Shown here: one piece after another, positions 51,844-61,327 of the stretch
Layout of the letters: each line of letters opens with the position of its first letter
How positions within the stretch are numbered: position 1 is the first letter of the stretch
NCBI GenBank assembly: GCA_963805975.1
Contig: CAWDVR010000004.1
Location: 320,001-384,000, forward strand
Reading direction: 5' to 3'
Origin: an uncultured Acidobacteriota bacterium
GTDB taxonomy: Bacteria; Acidobacteriota; Thermoanaerobaculia; Multivoradales; SZUA-115
Length of the DNA: 64,000 bases
Program-made: the position numbers and the translations under genes
Notes under the pieces: model-generated
The model's input: the letters and a program-made list of their open reading frames with translations, nothing else
The model's database searches: none
What the model was told of the DNA's origin: nothing

Positions 51844-52879
51844 TCAGGGGCGCCGGGACCGGGCTGGCGGCCTTGGGCGCGTGCTCCATCAGCTTGCCGA
51901 GCCAGGTGAGGTGGGGGGAGTTCTCGAGCACGATCTTGATCACCATGGTGAGCGGCACGGCCAGGAGCGCGCCGACGATCCCCCACACGAACCCCCAGAA
52001 CAGCAGCGAGAGCAGCACGGTCAGGGGCGACAGCCCGAGCTGGTGGCCCATGAGCTGGGGCTCCACCAGGTTGCCGATGATGAAGTGCGCCACCAGGTAG
52101 GCGGCCGCCGCGCCCAGGGCCCCCAGCGGGCCGATCTGCACCAGCGCCAGGAGCACCGGCGGGATGGCCGAGATGAAGGCCCCGAGGTTGGGGATGTAGT
52201 TGAGGAGGCCGGCCGTCACTCCCCAGAAAAGCGGCATGTCCACCCCCTGGATCCACAGCCAGACACCGATGAAGAGGCCGGTGGCAGCGCTCACCACGGT
52301 CTTGAGGAAGAGGTAGTGCTGGATCTCGCGGTAGGCCCGCTTCAGGCGGTCGTGCACCGCCACGCTGCCCACCGCCACCCCGAGCTTCCGGGGGAACTCG
52401 AGCGCCTCGACGAGGATGAAAACGGTGATCAGCAGCACCAGCACGCCCTCGGACAGGAGGGTCGCGAGCCCGCTCACCAGCCCCGAGAACAGGCTAAAGA
52501 GCCGTTCCAGGTTGAACAGCTTGTCTACCTCCAGGCCCTCGGCCCGCGCGCGCTCCAGCCACGGCCGGGCCAGCTCTTCGAGCCGGGCCTGGTAGGTGGG
52601 CGCGAGCTCCGTGATGCGGTCGACGGAGGTGGCCACGAAGGCTCCGAAGCCGAAGACCAGGAGCGCCAGCCCGAGGAGGATCAAGAGGATGGCGAGCCAG
52701 CCCGGCACTCCCCGGCGCCGCAGCCAGGCGAGGGCCGGCAGGGCCGGCACGGCGAGGAAGAAGCCGAGCAGCACCGGCACGAACACCGAGGCCGCGGCCT
52801 TGAGGCCGGCGACGATGATGACCAGCGCCGCCGCCGCGATCACCGGGCGGGGCGCCGAGGAAGCGGCCTCTGAGGACAT
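51830..52879 (-). CDS. AI-2E family transporter
   Basis: YLFLKT, LLNYIPNLG, GNLVEPQLMG, LSP..SLLFWG..GALLAVPLT. Confidence 0.93.
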   Translation of the reverse strand: MSSEAASSAPRPVIAAAALVIIVAGLKAAASVFVPVLLGFFLAVPALPALAWLRRRGVPGWLAILLILLGLALLVFGFGAFVATSVDRITELAPTYQARLEELARPWLERARAEGLEVDKLFNLERLFSLFSGLVSGLATLLSEGVLVLLITVFILVEALEFPRKLGVAVGSVAVHDRLKRAYREIQHYLFLKTVVSAATGLFIGVWLWIQGVDMPLFWGVTAGLLNYIPNLGAFISAIPPVLLALVQIGPLGALGAAAAYLVAHFIIGNLVEPQLMGHQLGLSPLTVLLSLLFWGFVWGIVGALLAVPLTMVIKIVLENSPHLTWLGKLMEHAPKAASPVPAPLSPSP

Positions 52880-52962
52880 GACGCCAAGGATCATAGCGCC
52901 GGGCGTCGAGGCAGGGCTAGACTTCCCGTTGCCCCCGGACCTCCCCTTGCAAGGAGTCGCTC

Positions 52963-53532
52963 ATGATTCGATGGCTCTCGCCACTTCCACTCGTCGCCCT
53001 GGCGCTGGCAGCGCCGGTGATCGCCGCCGCCCAGAAGCCCGGCGAGGAATGGCAGAAGCCCAAGGACGTTTGGCAGCAGCCCAAGGAGATCCAGCAGCCG
53101 AAGGGCCCTTGGCTCACTCCCAAAGAGCTGCAGAAGATCGAGGAGGCCTGCCGCACCCGCCTGGTGGTGGCGGCCGACGCGCTCTTCGCCTTCGACAAGG
53201 CCGACTTGAGCCCCGACGCGGAAAAGGCCCTCCTCTCCCTGGGCGACGAGCTTCGGGCGCTCCCGGCGGCCAAGCTCTCGATCGAAGGCCACACGGACGC
53301 GGTAGGCGACGAGGCCTACAACCAGCGGCTCTCCGAGCGCCGGGCACGCGCAGTGCGCGACGCCCTCGCCCGCCAGGGCCTCGCCCAAGCGGCCACGCCC
53401 ATCGTGGGCTACGGCGAGTCCAACCCGGCGGCGCCCAACACCCATCCCGACGGCAGCGACGACCCCGAGGGCCGCGCCAAGAACCGCCGCGTGGAGCTGG
53501 TGTTCGCCACTTGCGACAAGGCGGACGGGTGA
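52963..53532 (+). CDS. OmpA-like peptidoglycan-binding protein with N-terminal QxPK repeats
   Basis: LFAFDKA, IEGHTD, YNQRLSERRA, GYGE, NRRVE. Confidence 0.9.
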   Translation: MIRWLSPLPLVALALAAPVIAAAQKPGEEWQKPKDVWQQPKEIQQPKGPWLTPKELQKIEEACRTRLVVAADALFAFDKADLSPDAEKALLSLGDELRALPAAKLSIEGHTDAVGDEAYNQRLSERRARAVRDALARQGLAQAATPIVGYGESNPAAPNTHPDGSDDPEGRAKNRRVELVFATCDKADG

Positions 53533-53560
53533 TAGAGCTCAGTGGCTAGTTAGATCGCAT

Positions 53561-53924
53561 TCAGCGCATGGGCAGCGCCCGCACCCGGATCAAGGTTTCC
53601 GTGACGCTGACGAAGGCGCCGGCATCCAGGGCCTCGCGACACTGACTCAGCACCTTCTGAAGGTGGAGCAGAACTGACTCCGGCCGCATGTTCCGCAGGC
53701 GGAACAGGACGACGCTCGGTAGTCGCTCACCGCTGGCAGCGGTGAGCTCGGCGAAGTCCAGATCGTGAGTGATCAGACCCGATGCTCGATCTTTGCCTTC
53801 TGGAGGATCAGCGGATCTGGAGCCGGTCGTGGTTCTCGTCGTGAAGATGGGTGGAAGGGAAGCCGAGAGCAGAGAGGATCGGCACCAGGTCACGCGAGAT
53901 CCCCATGTCGAGAAGTAGCCGCAA
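53561..53924 (-). pseudogene. DUF5615 PIN-like toxin with two -1 frameshifts
   Basis: MRLLLDMGIS..HLHDE..RL / PDPLILQKAKIEHRV / LITHDLDFAEL..PSVVLFRL; adding one C near 53820 and one near 53776 gives a 121-aa ORF. Confidence 0.8.
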
Positions 53925-53935
53925 GGGAGAATCGC

Positions 53936-54159
53936 CTAGATGGGAGTGATCAGGTTTTCTTCGGCAAGCCAGCCGCGTACTGGAGCGCTTGCTGCACGTC
54001 CTCGGCTTCCAGGTAGGGATAGGCCTGGAGGATCTCTGCCGTCGTCATTTCGTTGGCCACCAGATTCAGCACCAGCGCTACCGTCACCCGCATTCCGCGT
54101 ATACAGGCCTTACCACCCATGAGGTTGGGGTCGAAGGTGATGCGTTCGAAACCAAGCAT
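53936..54159 (-). CDS. DUF433 antitoxin; probable -1 frameshift near the 3' end
   Basis: RITFDPNLMGGKACIRGMRVTV, YPYLEAEDV; adding one C near 53972 gives YAAWLAEE. Confidence 0.85.
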
Positions 54160-54221
54160 GATCAATCTCCGGTAGGGCGCGATCGAGCCCGAACCTGCAG
54201 GTATCAGCCTGCACAGTATAG

Positions 54222-54962
54222 CTACCTCTGCTCCTTCACCCGCGCATACCCCGACCGGCTGACCGGTAGCTTGGTGCCGTCCTGGAGAACTGCCACGCGG
54301 CTGTCTTTGGCGTAGAGCTCGAGGTGGGCGAGGCGGGCGAGGTTCAGGATGTAGGAGCGGTGGATGCGGGCGAAGCGCGCGGGGTCGAGCAGCTCCTCGA
54401 GCTCGCCCAGGCTCTGTTGCTTGCCGAGCTTCTTGGCGCCGATGCGGAAGACGGCGTAGTCGCCCTGCGCTTCGATGTAGTCGATCTTCTCGACCGGCAG
54501 CACGTGCACCTCGCCCTCGGAGCGCACCAGGATGCGGGAGAGCGGCGAACGCTCCTTCTGCACCGCGGAGGCGAGCTTCCCGAGCGCCGCCTGCGAGCCG
54601 GCGCCGCGGCGCGCGGTGGCGCGCGACAGGGCCTCGGCGAGCCGGTCGCGAGAGAACGGCTTGAGCAGGTAGTCCACCGCGCCCACCTCGAAGGCGCGCA
54701 CGGCGTACTCGTCGTAGGCGGTGGTGAACACCACGCCGACCTCACGGTCCAGGAGCTCCAGCGCCTCGAAGCCGTCGAGCCCCGGCATCTGGACGTCGAG
54801 CAGCAGAAGGTCCGGCGCCAGGCGGGCGACCGCCTCCACGGCCTCGAAGCCGTTGGCGCACTCGGCCACCACCTCGTAGCCCGCGAGCCCGGCGAGATAC
54901 TCGCGGAGCAGAGCGCGGGCCGGTGCCTCGTCGTCGACGATCACCACGGAGCAGGCGGCCAT
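54222..54962 (-). CDS. LytTR family response regulator
   Basis: DDEAPAR, LDVQMP, FTTAYDEYA, DYLLKP, FARIHRSYILN, VSR. Confidence 0.95.
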   Translation of the reverse strand: MAACSVVIVDDEAPARALLREYLAGLAGYEVVAECANGFEAVEAVARLAPDLLLLDVQMPGLDGFEALELLDREVGVVFTTAYDEYAVRAFEVGAVDYLLKPFSRDRLAEALSRATARRGAGSQAALGKLASAVQKERSPLSRILVRSEGEVHVLPVEKIDYIEAQGDYAVFRIGAKKLGKQQSLGELEELLDPARFARIHRSYILNLARLAHLELYAKDSRVAVLQDGTKLPVSRSGYARVKEQR

Positions 54963-54963
54963 C

Positions 54964-56034
54964 TCAGCCCGGCTCCGGCGCGAGCGCTCGCGGCAGATCG
55001 ATCTCGACCGTGAAGCGCTCGTCGTCGCGCTGCGTGGTCAACCCGGCCTGCCCGCCGTAGATCAGGCGCAGCCGGCGCCGCACGTTGGTGAGCCCCGTGC
55101 CCGAGCCCCGGCTCTTGCCGCGCGAGGAAGGGTCGAAGGGGTTCTCGACCGTGAGGCGCAGGCGGTCTGCCACCAGGGCGGCCTCGATCCGCACCTCGCC
55201 GCCGGCCACCAGGTGGGCGATGCCGTGGCGCACGGCATTCTCCACTACCGGCTGCAGGACGAGCGGCGGAACGGTCCACGTGCGGGCCGCTTCGTCCACC
55301 CGCTGCACGACCTTGAGGCGGTCGCCGAAGCGCACCTTCTCGATGGCTAGATACGAGGCGGCGAGGTCCAGCTCCTCGGTGAGCGTCAGCGCCGCGCGGC
55401 TCGCCGCGACGCGGCTGGCGCGCAGGAAGCCGGCCAGCGACAGCGCCATCTCCCGCGCCGCCGGCGGGTCGGAGCCGGCGAGCGAGGCCACGGCGTTCAG
55501 GCTGTTGAACAGGAAGTGGGGGTCGATCTGCGCCTTGAGCGCCGAGAGCTCGGCCTCGCGTGCCGTGACCTCGAGCTCGAGCGCCTGCGCCTCGGCGCGG
55601 CGGGAGCGCTCGCCGGCGATCAGCAGGTAGCAGAAGGCGGCGGCGAGGAGGTAGAGGAGCACCCCCGCCGCGAAATAGAGCGCCCGCTCCTGGCGGAAGA
55701 CCTCGGCGCTCTTCGCGAGGAGCGGCAGGCGGGCGAAGAGCGCCGCCGCGCCGGTACCCAGCGCGAGCCATAGCCCGCTGGCGAAGGCCGCCGCGGCGCC
55801 GTGGGTGACCGCCACCCGCAGGGCGCCGCTGCCGGCGAGCGGTGTCGCCCGGCACGGGTACCAGACCGCGAGGCAGAGAAAGCTGTAGGCGAGCGCGAGC
55901 GGCAGCGCCAGGGCCGCCGCGGCCAACCACTCGCCTGGGCCCGCACCCGAGACCGCCGCCAGCAGAGCGCCCAGGAAGGACCAGGCCGCGAGGTACGGCC
56001 CCAGCAGGCCGCGACGGCTGAGGATGGGATGCAT
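54964..56034 (-). CDS. LytS/YehU family sensor histidine kinase
   Basis: LKAQIDPHFLFNSLN, EKVRFGDRL, QPVVENAVRHG, GTGLTNV. Confidence 0.94.
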   Translation of the reverse strand: MHPILSRRGLLGPYLAAWSFLGALLAAVSGAGPGEWLAAAALALPLALAYSFLCLAVWYPCRATPLAGSGALRVAVTHGAAAAFASGLWLALGTGAAALFARLPLLAKSAEVFRQERALYFAAGVLLYLLAAAFCYLLIAGERSRRAEAQALELEVTAREAELSALKAQIDPHFLFNSLNAVASLAGSDPPAAREMALSLAGFLRASRVAASRAALTLTEELDLAASYLAIEKVRFGDRLKVVQRVDEAARTWTVPPLVLQPVVENAVRHGIAHLVAGGEVRIEAALVADRLRLTVENPFDPSSRGKSRGSGTGLTNVRRRLRLIYGGQAGLTTQRDDERFTVEIDLPRALAPEPG

Positions 56035-56080
56035 GACGGCGGTCGCTCAGTTCGTTCCGAAAGTATGGCAGGCGTGGCGC

Positions 56081-56845
56081 TCACTCCCCGGCTCGGGCAT
56101 CCTCGTCCTTGCCGTGCTTCACCTCGATCCCGCCCATCAATACGATGCCGCGCACCAGCAGGCGATCGGTCACTGGGCCCGCCGGCGGCCGGGTGTTGTC
56201 TTCGAAGGCGCCGAGGAGCGGCAGCACACGGCTCTCGACCGCCCATCCTTCCGGCACCTGGATGTCGATCCCGCCCCACATCGCGAACACTTCCAGCACC
56301 GCCTGGCCGCCGCCGGTCGAGGCGCGCCGCAGGTCGAGGTCACAGCCGCCCATCATGGCCCCCACGTCGCCGCCGGTGAACTGCTGGCTCACGACCTTGG
56401 CGACGTTGCCGCTCATCAGGGCGAACATGGACACGGTGGGGCTCACTCTGGCCTCCCCGTTCTCCACGTCCCGTTCCTGCCGGGGCGCAGCCCCGCGATG
56501 GAACGCGCCGTACACCAGCCGCAGCCCGATCACCACCAGCAGCACCGGCCAGAGATCGTCGAGGTCGACGTCGATTCCCAGCCAGGGCAGCTCGTTGGCG
56601 AGGAGCACCACCCCCAGGACGAGCGGTACCAGCCCGAACATCCTCCCGCCGCGGTCGTTGGGCTGGACGAGCCGCCAGAGCCCGGCGATCACCAGCAGGA
56701 TCGGCCAGAAGCGGAGGACGTGCCCGGCCTCGACCAGGTCCAGGTTGTCGAGCGCGAAGAGCACCCCCAGCGCGATCACCACCAGGCCGACGAAGAGCCG
56801 CGGCGTCACATGGGGTGCCAGGTCGTACTTGGCTTCAGCCCTCAT
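56081..56845 (-). CDS. LiaF-like membrane protein (DUF5668 TMs plus DUF2154-type domain)
   Basis: FWPILLVIAG, LWPVLLVVIG, MGGCDLDLR, MWGGIDIQVP, MGGIEVK. Confidence 0.85.
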   Translation of the reverse strand: MRAEAKYDLAPHVTPRLFVGLVVIALGVLFALDNLDLVEAGHVLRFWPILLVIAGLWRLVQPNDRGGRMFGLVPLVLGVVLLANELPWLGIDVDLDDLWPVLLVVIGLRLVYGAFHRGAAPRQERDVENGEARVSPTVSMFALMSGNVAKVVSQQFTGGDVGAMMGGCDLDLRRASTGGGQAVLEVFAMWGGIDIQVPEGWAVESRVLPLLGAFEDNTRPPAGPVTDRLLVRGIVLMGGIEVKHGKDEDARAGE

Positions 56846-57395
56846 GGTTGCCCCCTTCCGGAGCGGCCTTGGCCGGCTTGCGGTCGGTGAAAGAGCGGAT
56901 CACGATGGCGATGCCCGCCACGATCAGGAAGAGCGGCCAGGAGTTGCCCCAGTCGAGGCCACCCAGGCCGCGCATATTGACCAGCAGCCACAGGCCGATG
57001 CCGAGCGGCCACAGACCATCCCACCGGCTGTCGCCGGGCTCCGGCTGGATCAGGCTGACGACGCCGGCGACCATCACCATCAGCGGCCAGGAGTTGCCCC
57101 AGTAGAAGCCCCCGAGATGCAGGAGATTGATCAGCAGCCAGCTACTGATGCCGAGCAGCCAGAGGCCGGAGCGGATCTGGTCCGGCCGCTTGGCGGTCGC
57201 CAGGCAGGCGATGGCGATCACCGTCAGGATCAGGGGAAAGAAGCGGTAGTAGCCGCCGATATCGAACGGGCTGAAGCGGTCCAGGGCGAAGAGGCCGCCC
57301 AGGACCACGAGCACCAGCCCCCAGGCCAGGCGGCTGGCGTCCACCCGCTCGGCGAAGGCCTTGTACGAGGCGGCGGCGGATGAGTTTTCTTGCAT
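56835..57395 (-). CDS. LiaI/LiaF-like (DUF5668) multi-pass membrane protein
   Basis: Internally duplicated GLWxLGI..WLL..GG..WGNSWPL units. Confidence 0.78.
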   Translation of the reverse strand: MQENSSAAASYKAFAERVDASRLAWGLVLVVLGGLFALDRFSPFDIGGYYRFFPLILTVIAIACLATAKRPDQIRSGLWLLGISSWLLINLLHLGGFYWGNSWPLMVMVAGVVSLIQPEPGDSRWDGLWPLGIGLWLLVNMRGLGGLDWGNSWPLFLIVAGIAIVIRSFTDRKPAKAAPEGGNHEG

Positions 57396-57479
57396 CGAGA
57401 GCCTCCTTGTCGAGCCGCGTCCGTCGCGGCTGTGAAGGAGGGTACGCAGGACCGGGCACCCGGTCCCCGCTCTGCCGCC

Positions 57480-57537
57480 CAACGGCGGTGGTTTGCCGCC
57501 GGTTGGCGGTCTTGGGCCCCTGGTTGGCCGTCTTGGG
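57480..57537 (-). promoter_or_regulatory. 21-bp-period direct repeats, candidate LytTR binding site
   Basis: ggttggcggtcttggg (57501) and ggttggccgtcttggg (57522), weak third copy at 57480. Confidence 0.7.
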
Positions 57538-57545
57538 GCGGCGGC

Positions 57546-59918
57546 CTAGTCGCGGCGCAGCAGCCGGGTCGGGTCGGCCTGGAGCATCCGGCGCGCGGGG
57601 AGGTAGGAGGCGGCCAGCGCCACCGTGGTGAGGAGCGCGGCGACCGTGGCGACCGTCCACGGGTCGTGCGGCTCGATGCCATAGAGGAAGCTCGCGAGGA
57701 GCCGCATGGCCGGCAGGGCGCCGGCCGCGCCGACCGCCAGACCCAGCAAGGCGAGCCGGGCTCCTTCGCCCACCAGCGGCCGGACCACCTGGCCCCTGCC
57801 GGCCCCGAGCGCGATCCGGATGCCGGTCTCCAACCGCCGGCTCTCGACCAGGAAGGCCACCAGCCCGTAGAGGCCGACGCTCGCCAGCAGGAGGGCCACC
57901 GCGGCGCAGGCCAGCAGCAGCACCGCCGGCTGGCGCCGCGGCGCCAGGGCCGCGGTGAGCAGGGCCTCGGAGCTCCGGATCGGCCCTACCGGCTGGCGGG
58001 GGTCGAGCGCCGTGGCCGCCGCCGAGACGGCCGGCGCCAGCGTCGCCAAGGGGAGAGCGGAGGCGATCACCACCTCGAAGCGGCGGCGGGGTATCTGGGC
58101 CAACGGCGTGTAGATCTCGAGGTCGGGAGGAGCATCGAGCTGGTCGTGCCGCACGCCGCCCACCACGCCCACGATCTCGTGGCGCCTGCCGCCCAGGAGG
58201 AGGGCCTTGCCCAGCGCCCCGCCTCCGAAGAACCTCTCGGCCAGCACGCGGTTGACGAGCGCCACCCGCCCCGAGCCCTCGGTGTCCGCGGCGGTGAAGG
58301 CACGCCCGGCGAGGAGCGGGACCCTCACGGTGGCGAAGTAGTCGGGGCTCACCTGGCGCTCGGCCGACATCAGCCGCGGCTCGGCCGGCGGCTTCTCGCG
58401 GCCCTCGATCTCGAAGCTCGTCACCGCGTTCCTGCCGGACAACGGCATCTCGCTCACCAGGGCCGCGCGCTCCACTCCCTCCATGCCCGCGACCGCCGCG
58501 AGCAGGCTCTCCGCGTAGGCGCGCTGCTCGGCGGCCGTTGCGTAGCGGTGCGGCGAGAGCTGGACGGGGAGCGCCGCCAGCCCGGCGGCCTCGAAGCCCG
58601 GGTCGGTGGCCGCCACGCGGGCCAGGCTCTTGGCCAGGAGGCCCCCGGCGAGCACCAGCACCACGGCGCCGGCGAGCTGCGCCACGACCAGCACGCGCCG
58701 CAGCGTCGGGCGCACGGCGCCGGTTTGAGCGCGATCCAACCCGGCGAGCGAGCGCGTGGGGCGTGCGAGCGCCGAGAGCGTCGCCACCAGGCCGGAGATC
58801 ACCCCGCCCAGCAACCCGAGGGCCGCCGCCAGCGCCAGCTCCGGCCCGGCGAACCGGATCTCGGCCAGGCGCGGCAGCGAGGTCGGGTTCATCGCCACCA
58901 TGAGATCCGTTCCCCAGGCGGCGAGCAGCGCGCCGATGCCGCCCCCGGCGAGCCCGATCCACAGGCACTCGCCGACCCCGCGGGCCACGAGCTGCCGCGG
59001 CGCGGCTCCCAGGGCGAGTCGGATCCCGACCTCCTGCCGGCGCCCGGCCCAGCGCGCCACCAGCAGGCTCCCCAGGTTGGCGCAGGCCACCACGTACACC
59101 AGGAGCACCGCTGCCAGGAGCAGGCCCAGGGAGCGGCCGGCCCCGCCGAGCGTCACCGCCGTGAGATCCTCTGCCCAGACCCCGAAGCCGTCCTCGTTGG
59201 CGCTGGCCGCCGCCAGCGCCGCCTCCGCCTGCTGCCGGGCGACGCCGGGCGCGAGACGGGCCACCACTCCCAGCCCGAAGGACTCGGTATCCGCCCAGTC
59301 GACGGCACCCCCCATGGGCAGCCATACCTCGGCGCCGGCCAGCCCCAGCGCCTCCGGCGGGTGGAAGTCGGCCGGCAGGATGCCGACCACCTCGAGCGCC
59401 TGGTCGTTGACCAGGAGCGTCCTGCCCAGGCCGCCCCCGGCACCGAAGAGGCGGAGCGAGGTCTCGTGGCTGAGCACCGCGGTGGGTGGAGCGCCGGGGA
59501 GGTCCTCGGCCGGGCCGAAGAAGCGACCGCGACGCGGTGCAAGGCCGAGCAAGGGGAAGAAGCTGGCCGTGACGCGCGCTCCCGCCAGGCGCTCGGTGCC
59601 CTCGGGGCTCGAGGTATCGGCGTCGAGGGTGGTCGCGGCGGCCACTCCCTCCAGGGCCGCGTGGCCCGCCCATGCCCGGTAACCGGCCGGCGAGGCCGGG
59701 ATCCTGTAGCTCGAGGGGGTCGTCATCCCGGCGAGCACCAGCCGCTCGGGATCGCGGTACGGCAGCTCGGCCAGCACGATGCGGCCCAGGGCGCTGCCCA
59801 GGACCGTCACACAGCCCACGCCCAGGGCAAGGATCGAGATCGCCGCCAGGGCGAACCCCGGGGCGCGGGCCAGCGTGCGCCAGGTGATGCGGATCTCGCG
59901 GAGAAGTGTGGTCGGCAT
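57546..59918 (-). CDS. Duplicated MacB/FtsX ABC permease (ADOP family)
   Basis: APGFA..LALGVG, ACANL, GIRLALGA, LVVAQLA, GLYGLVAF, GIRIALGA, YLPARR..DP. Confidence 0.9.
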   Translation of the reverse strand: MPTTLLREIRITWRTLARAPGFALAAISILALGVGCVTVLGSALGRIVLAELPYRDPERLVLAGMTTPSSYRIPASPAGYRAWAGHAALEGVAAATTLDADTSSPEGTERLAGARVTASFFPLLGLAPRRGRFFGPAEDLPGAPPTAVLSHETSLRLFGAGGGLGRTLLVNDQALEVVGILPADFHPPEALGLAGAEVWLPMGGAVDWADTESFGLGVVARLAPGVARQQAEAALAAASANEDGFGVWAEDLTAVTLGGAGRSLGLLLAAVLLVYVVACANLGSLLVARWAGRRQEVGIRLALGAAPRQLVARGVGECLWIGLAGGGIGALLAAWGTDLMVAMNPTSLPRLAEIRFAGPELALAAALGLLGGVISGLVATLSALARPTRSLAGLDRAQTGAVRPTLRRVLVVAQLAGAVVLVLAGGLLAKSLARVAATDPGFEAAGLAALPVQLSPHRYATAAEQRAYAESLLAAVAGMEGVERAALVSEMPLSGRNAVTSFEIEGREKPPAEPRLMSAERQVSPDYFATVRVPLLAGRAFTAADTEGSGRVALVNRVLAERFFGGGALGKALLLGGRRHEIVGVVGGVRHDQLDAPPDLEIYTPLAQIPRRRFEVVIASALPLATLAPAVSAAATALDPRQPVGPIRSSEALLTAALAPRRQPAVLLLACAAVALLLASVGLYGLVAFLVESRRLETGIRIALGAGRGQVVRPLVGEGARLALLGLAVGAAGALPAMRLLASFLYGIEPHDPWTVATVAALLTTVALAASYLPARRMLQADPTRLLRRD

Positions 59919-60063
59919 GCGGGCGAGGAGAGCAACCCGCGTGCCGCACCTCCGGCCCGGCTCTTCGGGGCCGGGACAGGGCCCGAGGGCCAGCGGCGCG
60001 TCCGTTGGCGGGACAGCCGGTTCCCGCGACCGGACGCGCCGAGGGCTGGCTCAGTGGGCCCGG

Positions 60064-61170
60064 TTACGGGTTGCCGTTGACGGTGACCTCGACGCTGTCT
60101 GCCCGGGTCTGGCCTTCGCTGGTGGCCGTGGCGCTGACGGTGAAGCTGCCGCCTGCCGGAATATTGGCGAGCTGACTGCGGGTGACCGTCAGGGTCGATT
60201 CCGCGATGCCGCTGCTGTTCGTCGATTCTGCCGGCGGGTTGAGCGTGCCTTCCTCCGAGTCGAATCGAACCAGAACGTTGCTCAAGGGCACGCCCAGCGG
60301 GTCGAGGAGAATGGCTCGCAGAGTCACGGTGTCGCCGGCATCGAGGCGGTCGACGTCCGGCGGGTTCACGGTCAGGGTGAGGGAGTCCAGGATCGAGTTC
60401 ACGGTGATCTCCACCGTCGCGGTCTCGCTGGTGCCCAGGATCGCAGACACCTCGGCCGTCCCTCCGCGCTCGTCCGGCAGGAGCGTGGCCTGGGCCTCGC
60501 CCCGGGAATCAGTGCACACCGCGTTGCAAGGGCTTCCCGACTCCCCTGCGCAGCGATAGGGAGCGGCGCAGGTCAGCGTCCCGAGGTTGGTCGTGAGCCG
60601 GATCCGCTGCCCCGCACCCACGGCCGTACCGTCGCTGGCACGACCGAGGAGAGTGATGGTGGAAGTTTCGCAACTGGAGGTGCTATCCCCGCACACCGGG
60701 ATCGTCGTGGGGTTGGCGCTGATGAGGACCGTCGGCCGGCTGGCGTCGGTCTCGCCGATCTGCACCGTGACCGTGGCCGAGCCGGACGCTCCTTCGCCGG
60801 AGCCGGCGCTGGTGAGGGACGCCGTCACCGTCGCCTCGCCGCCACGGCCGTCGCCGCAGAGGCTGGCGACCGCCTGGCCCCGGTCATCGGCCTCGACGAT
60901 GCTCACCGTGGCCGAGCCGGTGCACGAGCTGCCGGCGGGCCGCAACACTCCCAGGCTGGAAGAGAGCGAGATCTGCGTGCCGGGTCGGATCGGGTTGCCG
61001 GCCGGGAGGATACCGGTCACGGTAACGCTGGAGGCCTGGCCGGTGAGACTGATCTTGCTGGGGGACGCGGTGACCGTGACGATGGTTCCGGACGGCGCCA
61101 CCGGGTTGGGAGCCTTGTCGCAGGCCAGCAGTCCGAAACAGAGGGCGAAGGCAAAAATGTGGGCTCTCAT
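60064..61170 (-). CDS. Lipoprotein with three Ig-like (invasin Big_1-type) repeats
   Basis: LLAC lipobox; repeats of (A/N)P..I..S.ITL..G..V..TT.LG..TD.RG.A. Confidence 0.72.
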   Translation of the reverse strand: MRAHIFAFALCFGLLACDKAPNPVAPSGTIVTVTASPSKISLTGQASSVTVTGILPAGNPIRPGTQISLSSSLGVLRPAGSSCTGSATVSIVEADDRGQAVASLCGDGRGGEATVTASLTSAGSGEGASGSATVTVQIGETDASRPTVLISANPTTIPVCGDSTSSCETSTITLLGRASDGTAVGAGQRIRLTTNLGTLTCAAPYRCAGESGSPCNAVCTDSRGEAQATLLPDERGGTAEVSAILGTSETATVEITVNSILDSLTLTVNPPDVDRLDAGDTVTLRAILLDPLGVPLSNVLVRFDSEEGTLNPPAESTNSSGIAESTLTVTRSQLANIPAGGSFTVSATATSEGQTRADSVEVTVNGNP

Positions 61171-61327
61171 TGCGATGGGAGTATACGGGCGTGCTTTCCC
61201 GCCCGTCTAGCTTGGCGCTCGCGCCCCTGCCGCTCGTCGGGGCGACCGCCTTGCGGCCGGACCGCCTGCTATAATGCTTCGGTTTTGAAGAGTTTAGCCA
61301 TGCCCACACCCTGGTCAGAGCCTCCGC

